A DNA stretch of 64,000 nt from Phoronis australis. Lineage: Eukaryota > Animalia > Phoronida. The position numbers and the translations under genes were made by a program. The DNA lies in the NCBI GenBank assembly GCA_002633005.1, contig NMRA01000135.1, positions 741,681-805,680 on the forward strand, given 5' to 3'. Below, piece after piece: positions 1 to 12,050 of the stretch. Numbering within the stretch: the stretch's first letter is position 1; each line of letters opens with the position of its first letter. The notes beneath the pieces were generated by a model. The model was not told where the DNA came from, searched no databases, and worked only from the letters and a program-made list of their open reading frames with translations.

Positions 1-280
1 CACTGGTTGACTGTGTCTATACTATTGACTAATCTGTAACTGCTGCTACACTGGTTGACTGTGTCTATACTATTGACTAACCTGTAACTGCTACACTGGT
101 TGACTGTGTCTATACTATTGACTAATCTGCAACTGCTGCTGCACTGGTTGACTGTGTCTATACTATTGACTAACCTGTAACTGCTGCTACACTGGTTGAC
201 TGAGTATACTATGGACTAACCTGTAACTGCTGCTACACTGGTTGACTGTCACTTTACTATTGACTAACCTGCAACTGCTG
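1..280. repeat. Minisatellite, ~45-48 bp unit (CACTGGTTGACTGTGTCTATACTATTGACTAAYCTGTAACTGCTGCTA), ~6 copies, runs off the window start
   Basis: Tandem copies directly visible. Confidence 0.95.
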
Positions 281-785
281 ATTCTGTTATTGCTGACTTT
301 GTAACTAACTCTCACTAACTCGTATCCAATTATTCATAATCTCTTACAAAATCTTTTGCCTAAATCGTTACTGGTGACTTTTCCTTTGAATACTCTGAAT
401 ATACTGGGCCACTTGTGAGATTTAACTCTGCCAGCAGAGCATTGTGGATTGTGGTAACTGAAGTCTTGAGTTTGAATTTGTGTTGTGGGTGATCTCAAAA
501 AAAACACACAAAGTTTCTTATTCATTGTGTCACATTATAGAAAACTTCAAACAGCTCAATACAGGCATGTGCTTCTTGGTTTTTAATTCTATAAGCAAAA
601 TTGACAAAACCAGGGATTTTTTTCTGTGGAGCTTGTGATTCATTAAAACCTTAATCTTAAGGAAATGTTTATGCAAATTAGTGTCACCGGAATTAAGATT
701 TAATTTGCAGTGACTCAACATACAGAAATGTAATGAATTTAGAGTCCTGATGTTCTGTTCTATGAGGGTCAAGTATTGTCATAAA

Positions 786-970
786 CCTTATTCATGCAGT
801 CGCCATTTTAAAAGTAAGCCTCTTTTTAGGTTTTAAAAACAAGGCATTCAGCACTTAATCATTGTGCAAAGCGTCATTTTTTGCGTACCTTGTTAATATT
901 TATGTCTCAATGCATTGTATTTTTACACCTACAAAGAAGCGCACTTTTAAAATGGTGACTGCGAATAAGG
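786..970. mobile_element. Small MITE-like element with imperfect terminal inverted repeats
   Basis: CCTTATTCATGCAGTCGCCATTTTAAAAGT at the left is the near reverse complement of ACTTTTAAAATGGTGACTGCGAATAAGG at the right. Confidence 0.6.
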
Positions 971-1341
971 TGTATAGAGTCACTTTCTAAAGTAACTTAT
1001 GGTGTCCACTGTATTATTTGACGACTGGTAGTTTATTCTGTACTCCAATTGGCTAAAGTGCAGTACAATGACTTCCATTATGAAGTGATGTTGCCTTGCT
1101 GTACACGTAATATCATTTTTAATTCAAGCTGCTCACACATTAAATGTTAATTTTTGTGATCTGACCAATTACACTTACAAAGAAATCTTAAACCCCAGAC
1201 CAAATAAATAAAATTAGTGAAGATGCAGCAATGGAGGTAGTGAATTATCGTTTTACGCACCGGGTGCTCTTTCAGTCTATGAAAAGCTGTCGGCTCGTTT
1301 CTGGTGACGCCTCTGTTTAACTATAGTTGGTGTTGTTGCAG

Positions 1342-1527
1342 GGTCAAGAGCCAGATATCTCCACCTTCAACAAGTTCATGAAGGCTTCCGTTGACTACAC
1401 TTTCTTCAGCCCCTGTGGATTGTATCTGATTGGTTCCCTTCAAGGCATTAGTCCAGATCACATGACTCCCAGTGAGACCTTCCCATCGGACCATGTTTCA
1501 TTCAAGCATGTGTTTGCCTTGTTGTAA
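1342..1527 (+). CDS. Terminal exon of an EEP-superfamily nuclease of the CCR4/nocturnin/angel/PDE12 type (upstream exons outside the window)
   Basis: Acceptor TTGTTGCAG|GGT at 1341/1342; translation GQEPDISTFNKFMKASVDYTFFS...PSETFPSDHVSFKHVFALL* carries the DY-x-F and P-S-D-H C-terminal EEP motifs; candidate AATAAA at 2638-2643. Confidence 0.8.
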   Translation, partial: GQEPDISTFNKFMKASVDYTFFSPCGLYLIGSLQGISPDHMTPSETFPSDHVSFKHVFALL

Positions 1528-1959
1528 ATCAAATATGATATTCAGAATTGAGTCTTATTAAACTTGTAAATATGAATGACTACCGTTGAGACTAGTGAAC
1601 TGGTTGGATGCTGAATCTGTATCATTTTATGGATTTTCTATAGTTGGTGTTTTTATGCTGAAAATTATTTTGGTATTTCACAGTTCAGCTGTTTTATTTG
1701 GTAGAGATGAGAATCAGTGTCCATGATGTTTAGTAATTGATTGTCGATAAATGTTAGAAGCTTTATTTGGCCATTGGTGGTCCTTAGCCAAGAGCTGTAC
1801 TTTAAGACTTGTTGCCAGCAGCTGGTTGCATTGGAATGTGTCTGAATGAGATCAGCAGGGGCTTGGTGAACTGTCTCCACTCTTGAAAAATGAGTGGAGC
1901 TGGATCACTAGAGTTGCTTGTTACCCAAGTGTGGGATTAGCCTTGGGATGAGTTTTGGC

Positions 1960-2185
1960 TACAGGACAGTGCACTATGGTGACCACTACTGGACAGTGCA
2001 CTACAGTGACCACTACTGGACAGTGCACTATGGTGACCACTACTGGACAGTGAACTACAGTGACCACTACTGGACAGTGTTCTGTGGTGACCACTACTGG
2101 ACAGTGTGCTCTAGTTAACACTACTGGACTGTGTGCTCTAGTGACCACTACAGTCTACTGGACAGTGTGCTATAGTGACCATTAC
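1960..2185. repeat. 27-bp minisatellite (CACTACTGGACAGTGCACTATGGTGAC), ~7-8 copies
   Basis: Tandem copies visible; explains the periodic ORFs 1918-2118 and 1921-2148. Confidence 0.95.
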
Positions 2186-2906
2186 GGTCTGGGTGAGACG
2201 TCAAGTCTATAAATGCATTTTTCATACAGTTCATGCTTTGTTTATATTTCTAGGCAAACGTAATGTCACAGGTGGTATCTAAAACTTTATTCAGAATGCA
2301 GAAGAAATTTCCTCGTTTGTGTTCTGATGGGTAGTATTGTGCCAGTACTTTTGTGGCTTCTTTATAGACATAGTCAATGAAGTGTTGTATTGCATTGTAT
2401 GCTTATATTCATATTTTGCTTTGTCATGTAATGTAATTTCTGATCACAATTTTGAGGATTCTCATGACTTCGTATTTGCTCTTAGTTTGTGCTGAATGGT
2501 TTGAATTGTGCGTAAGGCCAACGCTGGCTGTGGTGAAAATAGCTTTTGAGGTTATGGTGTTATGAACTTTGGTCATGTTTTTATATTACCTTAGCAACAC
2601 AATGAATTTCCATTGTTAGTCACTGTTGATGCCAGTTAATAAACTTCTCTAGTTTGTTTGAAGTCTGGTACTTTCTCAGCAATTATAAACAAATGGGGAG
2701 TTTCTCATCAATGTACCCAAAACTACTCAGAAATATTGGTATGTGTAAATGTGCCAAGAAATTGTTTTACTAAGAATTACGAAATTTGTTTTTCTTGTTC
2801 CAACAATTCCAAAATTTCCTTTTGCACTGCCTCTCTTTACTACCTGCTGTAATTAATGTTCTTCTACTATAATTGTTTCCTCATTAACTGCATCTGTTCC
2901 CAGATG

Positions 2907-3154
2907 CATACGCGCACCCAGGAGGGGGACTCGAATGAGCCTCCCCACCCCATTTGGCGAAGTGGGCAAAAAGGTCTGCCTCAGAGAAACAAAGTCAGAG
3001 AAAACGAGACAAAAGTCCATAGGAATTCGGCGCTAATGTACAATTCATAGGTCTGAACGTAGTACCCCGTTTTTTAGTCCCTGTTTTTTTCAGTAAAGGG
3101 TTCACATGCTGAAAAATTCGAGCCCCCTAATATTTTAGGCTGGGTGCGCTTATG
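2907..3154. mobile_element. MITE with CAT...ATG termini and 5-bp TSD (AGATG)
   Basis: TIR CATACGCGCACCCAG / CTGGGTGCGCTTATG; AGATG at 2902-2906 and 3155-3159; related copies at 21712-21929 and ~45935-46158. Confidence 0.8.
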
Positions 3155-4762
3155 AGATGTGATATTCATGCACATTGATTCATTGTATCAATCGTGTATT
3201 GCCATATTGTCAAACACCTGCAATTATCCTTCTGTCACTCAAATGAAAAGTGGTTCATGAGAAAAGAACTGAATTTCTTACTGCAGAGGAGTTAACAACT
3301 GCTGTGCCTGTGTCCCATCTGTTTAGTGATAAGATGCTTATTAAAGCCGTTTTAATTACGTCTGGTTCATGATGAACTTTCAGCCTTTTGAACATTTTTT
3401 ATTTATTTCTCAAAGTAATAACAAGTACCCCAACAGCACGTTTGTCAGGGAGTGGACACGCTTCACTGCTGCATCTTTTATTTCGAGCTACACACCCAGA
3501 CCAGCAAACTTCTAACCCGTGGAACTAGTTCTGTATCCGCGTTTCGTAAGGAGGCCTACTCCGTTCCCGGTGTACAAACCCCATACCTAATAACAATCCT
3601 GAACACTGACATCAGCATTTAGTAGCGTGCGTGTGTGGAGTTTAAGGGCGCTGGTATGGAATTCAGTGTTGCTGGTTCGGGACTGGGGTTTAGGGAGTCG
3701 TTGGGATCTAGAGACGTTTCAACGGAATCGTTTCCACTCGGACCGTTTAATAAAACAAAAACACCATGTACACACATGTGCGCTCACGCATTCACTTAAT
3801 TACAGCAAAACTGAGCCCGCGAAAAGTTACGATAGGGTATTTAATTGCGGCGACTGAAGAAACACGATAAGAACTTGGCCAAAACAGATGCGTTCATTAG
3901 CCGGGTTACCGATCTTTGCACTGATGTTGCTTGTAAGCAAGCATAATATTGTAAGCGTTAGTGACACTTAACCCAGTCGATATATATTTTCTGAAAAACA
4001 GTGCTTTCTCAAGCGTTACTCTCCAGTCCATTCCATGTGGGAAACGCAGGTAGTGCATCGGTTTGTTTTGTACTAGATGGTAGAAACGTCACGAACCGTG
4101 TAATCGCCTTCCGTGAGACCACGTATGTCGTGTGTTGCAATGTGCCAACTTGCAGAGCCTGGTTTCAAACAGTAAACAACTGTTACTTCTTTCGATGGCC
4201 GAGAATCACCCTGCCTTGAAAAAGGGTACCGTTTATATGTTAGAAAGGCGTGCGCGTGCCCAGGCAGTTGCCCAGACATTAGGGGAATCGATGGATATTT
4301 AATCCCAAAGCCAGAGGACAGCGTGCTTGGCGACCGTGACGCTAGTGGGCTTGATATGACAGAAGCGTACGTGATTTAATCTAGTCACGAGTCATTAAAT
4401 AGTATAAACCTGCAACTGTGAAATAATTTACCGTAAAAGCTAGCGACTTAACAGTTTAAAAAGGTAAACCCTCATGTTTTTCTGGAAAAAATAAGGAACA
4501 CTGGGTATTCGAATTTTAAAAATCGGTAAACTCTGCTACTTTTTGAAATCACAACACCTTTAAAATCATCCCAAAGACTTCAAATGCTATTGATTTCTTT
4601 TTCCACTTAATTAGTTTAACGAACTCCAAATGCTGTGTACTGGTGTTTGCACGGTTAGAAAGCCAGCGTCGGGAGCAACATATACTGGCCTAGTAAAATT
4701 CGGCCGGGCGTCATGGATTCTGTTTTTCTAAGCTATAGCACTGATCGGCCTGGGTCGTCACT

Positions 4763-5397
4763 ATGGGCGGGCTGCTATTATGTAGGACATTATCTACAAG
4801 TGTATGTATTTAGCCATATATTTAAGTCACTGTGAAGCAGAAAGCCCCAGCTCGGCACGAGAATTTTATTTTTGATTGGTCACCAATCTGCTATTCATTG
4901 GGAAACGCGACCATATCACTTTTATTATAAAGTTTAGCAAAAAGGGAAGGCATATCTCACGGCCACGGCATATCTGATCAACAACATGACCAAATTTGTT
5001 TGATATTCAATGTTCAAGATGAAATCTAATTAAACAACGGCTGTTTTAGTTTTCTCTAAATTGATTTTCTTATACAATTNATGGGCGGGCTGCTATTATG
5101 TAGGACATTATCTACAAGTGTATGTATTTAGCCATATATTTAAGTCACTGTGAAGCAGAAAGCCCCAGCTCGGCACGAGAATTTTATTTTTGATTGGTCA
5201 CCAATCTGCTATTCATTGGGAAACGCGACCATATCACTTTTATTATAAAGTTTAGCAAAAAAGGAAGGCATATCTCACGGCTACGGCATATCTGATCAAC
5301 AACATGACCAAATTTGTTTGATATTCAATGTTCAAGATGAAATCTAATTAAACAACGGCTGTTTTAGTTTTCTCTAAATTGATTTTCTTATACAATT
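4763..5397. other. 317-bp direct duplication around a single N (5080): probable contig-overlap/haplotype assembly artefact
   Basis: 4763-5079 repeats at 5081-5397 with ~2 substitutions, joined by one N. Confidence 0.85.
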
Positions 5398-6769
5398 TTA
5401 ATTGTTTTTTTTAAACCATTTTTATAGCACCTCATACAAAAATCGAAAATTTTAAAAGCAATTCTTAGAAGCGTCTTGCATAAAGCATACTATCTGAAAG
5501 TTTCATGTCCGGTCCGGCGCCGGACATCCATGATCTGAGTGATGCCCGAGTTTCGAAGTAGCCTGGCCTAGTAGCCGGCTAAAATTTGGACATTTTTTCT
5601 TGGACTCCTACATACGTGATTCAGCCCAATTTGATGATAACCCGCTGTCTGGGCACAGATTCATTCCCTTCTCCCATAGCTTTGACTTGTAGTACAAGAC
5701 ATGACTTCGACGCGGAATGTGCAGTGGGTCGATTCACGAAAACGCGCTATGATTGTTGCATGGTTTTTAAATTAGTAAAAGTTTGCCATTTTTTCTTCGC
5801 CTATAATTTGAGTTAAAAATATCACTACAAAAATGCTTTCCTCAGGCGCATACCTCACAGTGTTTTTCAGCGCTACGTATCGGGTTGTGCGAACATTTGT
5901 GCACACCCATGTCGATCGGTGTCAGTGAATCCGGCTGTGTAGTGTACCAATATGAAACCTCCGTCCGATTTGTAGGTGGCGCTGAATACTTCTCCACCAA
6001 AGACCCGATCGCCCTCTAGCGAAATATAGTGATATGAGCGGCTACCGGCATCAAAGATCTTTGTCGGTACTTCGAAAATCAGCTAACTGAGGTCAAAGGA
6101 TATTCCGAGGAAAGTCGAGTTCTGAGCCTGTGCGAAATGGAACGTTTTAGCGTGTTACGTAAAATCGTCCATTCTGACCGAACCTAGTTAGTTGGCCTTT
6201 CCGAAAAGAAACGTGTCAGAGCCAGTTTGTCGCATTGCCGCATGGCGCTTTAGGCGGTCCTGTACTTAATTAGTTAAACACTGCTGCGTCAGACAAGGTC
6301 AATCTATCGTTCAGTGAACTTGCCAGAACGGGTAGGTGACGAGATAGGGATGACTGTGTGACACACTTACAAGCAAGACATCTGTGTGTCTCAGTGGTGC
6401 AAACTACACTCCCGGGCGGAGACTACTTCGGTCACGGTATCGGTCTGAGACCATGCAAGTCAAACGTTGCCGGTAACCTCCGGTGGCCTGGGTAATTGGC
6501 TTAATTAATTCAGAACCGATCGAAGGAAGAGCCGTTGCCTGTAACTGACGGGTAGCCTGCAAACGCCGGACGGTTAATGCTAGTGTGTTGCATATTTGAG
6601 AACTTCCCACTCACAGATTTACTTGGTTCTGTAGGCCTACACGTGGCACAATAAAATCGCGACCACAGTGATCGATCGGTGCCTATACGAACAAAGGCTT
6701 GTGCACAAGCAGTTTGGACGTGAGAAGCTTGCATGTGTGACCTTTCACTGAGAACTCCAGGCTCTAAAA

Positions 6770-8206
6770 ATGAAGAGCGAGTCACAAGGTGATGACTCTA
6801 TTAATATGACTGACCGCGAAACGGAGGTCTCGGAGGTGGTTCATCATGATGGACAGAACGACGTTGGCGAAAACCACGAACAGAATTTCAGAAAGACAGT
6901 GTACTTAACCATAGCGTTATATGCAAGTGTGTTTTGCCTTGGGCTTGTTGGTTCTGTAGTTGGACCATCTCTATTGGATTTACAGGAGTTGTATCAAATT
7001 ACTACATCCTCAGCTTTGATTATTGTTCCTTGCATTGCCGCCGGTTATCTCACAGGATCATTAGTTGGTGGTTACTTGTTTAGCAAACTGAATGACACTT
7101 TTTACTTTTTGTTAGGAAGCAGTGGTATGGCCATTGGTTTTAGTGCGGTGTTGTGGATTCCAAATTACCCTGTTGTCTGCGCTGTGATGACACTGACAGC
7201 AGTTTTTCAGGGTCTTTCGGAAGTGGCAAGTCACGTGTTCATAATGACCACGTGGAGAGCCAACCGGCACTTAGAATCATTGACTATGATCATCTCGGTT
7301 GTATGGTCGATTGGGTCATTCTTAGGGCCAATCATTTTAGAACCATTTTTGTCTGAACGCAGCCAAGGTTTCAGAAAAGATGGCGCAAACGTCACCGACA
7401 TCGCCTCTGTTCCTACCGGCAGCCAAACAAACATCCGGTACGGTTGGCTTGTAATTTCACTGGTTTGTTGCATGGCTGTTGCATTGACTGGAACTTCATT
7501 TTTTTGGAACGGAAGGGAATTTAAAAAAAGAAAGGTCACTACCGCAAATGCTGGAGGTAGTCAAAGACAAACAAAGTTGTATAAAGTACTGGTGTCATTG
7601 TTTGCCGTTTGTCTCTATTTTTTCTATATGTGCATTGAACAAAGCTTCGGAAGTTTGCTAACTGTCTACGTCGTTGATGGGCTTATGTGGGAAAAGTATA
7701 AGGGTCCTCTTATAACATCTGTCTACTGGGCCCTGTTTGGACTGTCTCAGGTTGTTGCCGTATTCCTCACAAAAATTGTTTCGCCCTTGAAGATAATTCT
7801 CGTTCATTTTGTGTTTGTCAGCATTGCATTACTTGTATTGAGTTTGACAGCTCATGTCAGCGAAACTGCGGTTTGGGTGTGTGTTGCTGTCGTGGGATAC
7901 AGCGAAGGACCATTTTTTCATTGTGGCTATTTACTGATAGACAAGTATCTGCCAATGGACGGTTGGCTCTCTGCGATCATAGTGTGCACTTCTTGTGGGT
8001 CTTCGATGATCAACATTCCGTTGCTAGGACACATATTTACTACGTATGGTTCCAGTGCTATGACTTTCACTCTCTTAGGCTATGCGCTTTCCGTTCTTGT
8101 TAGTTTGTGTTTGTTGCCGTGTGTTATACGTCGCTACCAACGTCGCCAGGAGATATCAAGCGTCGAGGTGATCGAGGAGCGTGTAGTGTTAAATAATAGC
8201 GCATAG
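6770..8206 (+). CDS. Major facilitator superfamily transporter, MFSD4 / sodium-dependent glucose transporter 1-like, 478 aa, single coding exon
   Basis: Long ORF with ~12 hydrophobic segments; N-terminal LGLVGSVVGPSLLDL and GYLTGSLVGGYLF, GSFLGPIILEPFL, and FFYMCIEQSFGSLL..Y motifs typical of the MFSD4/FucP group. Confidence 0.9.
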   Translation: MKSESQGDDSINMTDRETEVSEVVHHDGQNDVGENHEQNFRKTVYLTIALYASVFCLGLVGSVVGPSLLDLQELYQITTSSALIIVPCIAAGYLTGSLVGGYLFSKLNDTFYFLLGSSGMAIGFSAVLWIPNYPVVCAVMTLTAVFQGLSEVASHVFIMTTWRANRHLESLTMIISVVWSIGSFLGPIILEPFLSERSQGFRKDGANVTDIASVPTGSQTNIRYGWLVISLVCCMAVALTGTSFFWNGREFKKRKVTTANAGGSQRQTKLYKVLVSLFAVCLYFFYMCIEQSFGSLLTVYVVDGLMWEKYKGPLITSVYWALFGLSQVVAVFLTKIVSPLKIILVHFVFVSIALLVLSLTAHVSETAVWVCVAVVGYSEGPFFHCGYLLIDKYLPMDGWLSAIIVCTSCGSSMINIPLLGHIFTTYGSSAMTFTLLGYALSVLVSLCLLPCVIRRYQRRQEISSVEVIEERVVLNNSA

Positions 8207-11102
8207 TGGTTGGGAGAGGTTGAGGCGGCGGGGCTCGTATCGAGTAAGGGACGTAGCAAAACGCCCGTAATCCTCGCGGAATACCCCGGAAGAGGTATGC
8301 GTGACGTGCTTCACAGATGAGTGACTTTCCCAGTGAGAGAGCATGTACTAAGGGTTCACTTTACAAGTTAGATGGAACTCTACGCTTACGGTGGGGGTCT
8401 CGGATTGCTTCCAGGTGGGGATGTTTTGCATTTGATAAAATTCAATATGTACGAGGAAACCCGGGTGTAATGCAGTTTGAAATAAGTGTGTTATAAAAGA
8501 CAAATGGCTATTTGTTGCCGAAAAGCACCAGTGATTGATTGGGGTAACTTATGCAAATACAGTATTCAGTTACAATGGTCTTCAGAAAGGGTATATACAT
8601 ATTTATATTTAAAACTTATAATTTCAAAAGATATGGCAGTGGCGAGTGCTCATTGATAATATAACATCTCGTGCACTGTTTGTAACGTAATAGGTTAACA
8701 GATAGCCGTTCAAGAATCCCAACGAAACAGTTGGATTTATGAAGTTAACGCTTACGGAACTTTTTTTCTAGAACAAAATCCTACGAAATGGAAACTTTTT
8801 GTGGAATCTCCCTTAGAAACGGATCCCTTCTCTCGTCCAATCCAAAAGGTGTGGGTATCCTTTTTTCGGGCTCCACCCCACCCCCGTCGACGTCTGAGCT
8901 ATAACGTATTCGTGTACTGGTGAAGTGTCAGCCGACGCACGAGTTATGTTTGCCATAAGTTCGTAGTTGTAATGATAAATGTCGTGCAGTGCTGTGAACG
9001 TAGAAGCCTCACGGCGAACTTGGGATCAGATACGATTCTCGAATTTCTTGTTCTTCATGGCCGTGGTAAAATTAGATGGTTGGTTGTGTGTACTTGTTTA
9101 CCTATAACACATGTACATGTAGTCATCACACTGGTTACAATACAGGTGGGAACGGATACATTGGCGCATTCCTAGTCGAAGTTATCAGCGTAGGGGTTAA
9201 TGGTGCACTGTTTCAATGTGTTTCAGTTTTAATTTATTCTTGTTATGTTGCAGTTATTGTTTTGAGTGCCAATAAAGGAAATTAAAAACCACTTAATTTA
9301 TTTTCCACTCCGGTACCGTCAATGTCCTCATATACATGTTGTCTTTGTTGCCTGAAGTTTACAAGATTGTCTTGCTATGCAATGTTCAGTACTCGATTGG
9401 CAGAATGTATGGTAAGAAACCCACCAATCAATACAACAAGATATATCTAATCTGCTATCCTTTTTTGTGCACCGTTCCATATTTTGCTACCGCTTCACGA
9501 CTCCTCGTAGCTTTACTGTTAATGGTTGCTATATCTAGTTAATCCTATACAGGGTTTCCCAAAAACAATGTCAGTGTCATTTAAAATGACATTTGCCCGC
9601 TAATTCCTTATTTCTTTGATTGTTTGGTCAAAATAGTTAGAGAAAACAAAATATAGCAACGATGTGAATAGTTAAAAAATGCTAAATGCTTTTCAGAACG
9701 ATTTTTTGTGGAAAATGATCCGCCGTAAATCACTTAACCGTGTCCAATATATCGTGACGTGGTGTTGGGGAGGTCCGAAAGTACGTCATTAGTGCAAAAG
9801 TCACCTATTTGCAGAATTTCTTGTTTTCACATTTACAAGTGCTCAATGGATACTTCACATAGCATTGTCGTTTAGTTCTTGTTATACATTAGCATAATTA
9901 GGAGCATCCATCTTTAAATGCTTGCACATCGAAATCGAGGGTCAGGTTTTCATGAATGCAATTTGTTAAAATTAGTATGCATGTTTTACAGTAATTATCA
10001 AAAAAATATCTATAAAGGTGTCAATTTTGGAGGATGCACGCATCAAAAATGTCCTTGACCACTTTTTCGATCTGAGGTGCGCGCTCGGTGACCAATTGCT
10101 GATACAGATTCTAGAAGAAATGTGTATACTGAATAAATTTCGGTAATTACTCACGTTTGTTTGTCATGTAATTACGTAATTTTAACCTTTATTATGCAAA
10201 TGAACTTAGACCATTGGATTTCACCAAGTAATTGGTGTCGGACACTTTTGTTGACATTGCCGGTTGTTGTGCAATTTTAGAGACCAACGAATATTGTTCA
10301 TTCATGCAAGAACATACATCAGTACCACTGAGATTAGTTGTCCCTACCATCCAATTACCCTTCTAGCTAGCGTAACCAAATAGTCAAGAACAAGATGAAC
10401 TTATCAAAAGGATACCGCCACTGGCAGATGAAAACAGAAAATCAATGTCAATGTGTGGAACATGATGATGCAATTGCGTCGTCTAGGGACGCAATGTGTG
10501 GTTGTTGGAGCAGGGGATAGACGTTTTAGTGAAATCATTTAACAGGTAAGTCTTTTAGAAGCAGCCGTGACAAAAGTGATATTCGTCTTTCACTCACTGA
10601 TTGATTTGCTTTTATTAACATTTAGATCTTTCATGTTTTCAGCGATGGGAAATAGTAAGGCATCTTGTAGGGGACCTTAATTAATTCCAGGAAACTCTAT
10701 ATTTTAATATATATTTACATAAAAATCCAAACTCCATACGAGTCATTTTCATGAATATCCATGAGTCCGCATTCAAACTCGAGTGTCATAACGTTCGCGA
10801 TTCCTTGCATATATCTACGTGACCCGCATCACGTTGAAAATAGATTAATGTTCATTATCTTGACAGTGCCCGTACTGCTATGTCTGGAGCCTTCAGTGAA
10901 GACATGCAGGTAGTTATTTGGGCATAACTGGGTAAGGGGAAAACTGCACTTAAAGTAGAATGCCATCTTAATCGGTCTATGTCCACATAACCTCGTATAC
11001 GGTCGATCTCACCTCGCCGAGAGGTGTCGCGTTAACCTGTGGAGGGCGAGTAAACGGCGTAGCGACGTCAGTGGTTCTTCTTACTGCAGAGTGAGTGCGG
11101 CT

Positions 11103-11365
11103 ATGGTGTAGTGTATCGTTCCCGCTTGTGTGACCTATGAAGCCGCAAGGAAAGTGGCTGTATCGTTTTTTGATTTGCTCGAGAGCCCAAAATGCTTTGG
11201 AATTGGCTCGCGGCAATGAGGAATGAAACGTGCGTCGTTATTACCGAGTATGGGGCTGTGAACTCCGTGTCTGTGGCCGGCATTTCGTCGACAGTGATTT
11301 CACTGACGAATGCCGGTTTACCATTAAACAACTCATTGCAGGGCAGAAAAATAGACTGATGAGCA
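11103..11365 (+). pseudogene. Decayed THAP zinc-finger coding relic (transposase-derived)
   Basis: Across stops/frameshifts: MV*CIVPAC...SFF / WLAAMRNE...TEYGAV / LRVCGRHFVDSDF...KNRL, collinear with the THAP at 18459 (WLVRVKN...TYKAVENYRVCGKHFLPSDY...KQRL). Confidence 0.7.
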
Positions 11366-11639
11366 CTGGTCTCAGTCGGGATTGCAAGTTGCCATGTTGA
11401 CGTTTCATTGTGCGTCCTGTTTTAAAATGAATTATTATCACCCTAACCAATGTTTCCGTCTTGCAATAAAGCTAATTGACTGGGCACCGAGACCGTGTGA
11501 GCACATGCTAATTCAGTGTGTTGCTGTGAAACACATTATAACTCGATGTTATATACTATGGTCAGATGTTCAAGGGGGAATTTTTATTTAGATATTCATA
11601 TAAAATGTTCGAATCAGTGTTATTGTACAACTTTTGCCC

Positions 11640-12050
11640 TGACGGTTCTGTGGAAGGGAGCATGACAGCGTTTTCCCGTTTAGTGACTTTACCAGATGAA
11701 GGTGGCTCTGATAGTATAATAACATCTAGCTTCTTTGTTAACTGCCAAGCACCGTATTCTGTCTGTTATGACAACAGGCACGCCAATTATATATCAGGCT
11801 TATTACAGACCACGTTTGAACACCGTCAAACCCAGAGTGAATTGGTACATTCGGAAAGAATAGATCAGCGTAACTTCGGTTGCAGTTGGGCGATTTTGGC
11901 GATTCAAAAAATAAACATGATCATCATTTGACGTGGATTTCTGAAATGCTATTGGTTTATGTTCAAATATTTTATAACTTAACTTTTACTTTTAACAGCA
12001 CAGCCCAGTCAGACTAGATACGATCTTATTGAAGATTAGTTCAATTATCG
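11640..12050. repeat. Dispersed repeat; diverged inverted copy at ~44260-44640
   Basis: CGTTTTCCCGTTTAGTGACTTTACCAGA...TTTAACAGCACAGCCCA...GATCTTATTGAAGATTAG matches the reverse complement of 44260-44640. Confidence 0.7.

Noticed and set aside
1-280. Regular repeats resembling a CRISPR array (also 1960-2185, 32800-32912)
   Set aside because: Head-to-tail units with no unique spacers, no cas genes, eukaryotic context: minisatellites.
4763-5397. Recent tandem duplication
   Set aside because: Copies abut a single N and are near-identical: most likely an assembly overlap of two haplotypes.
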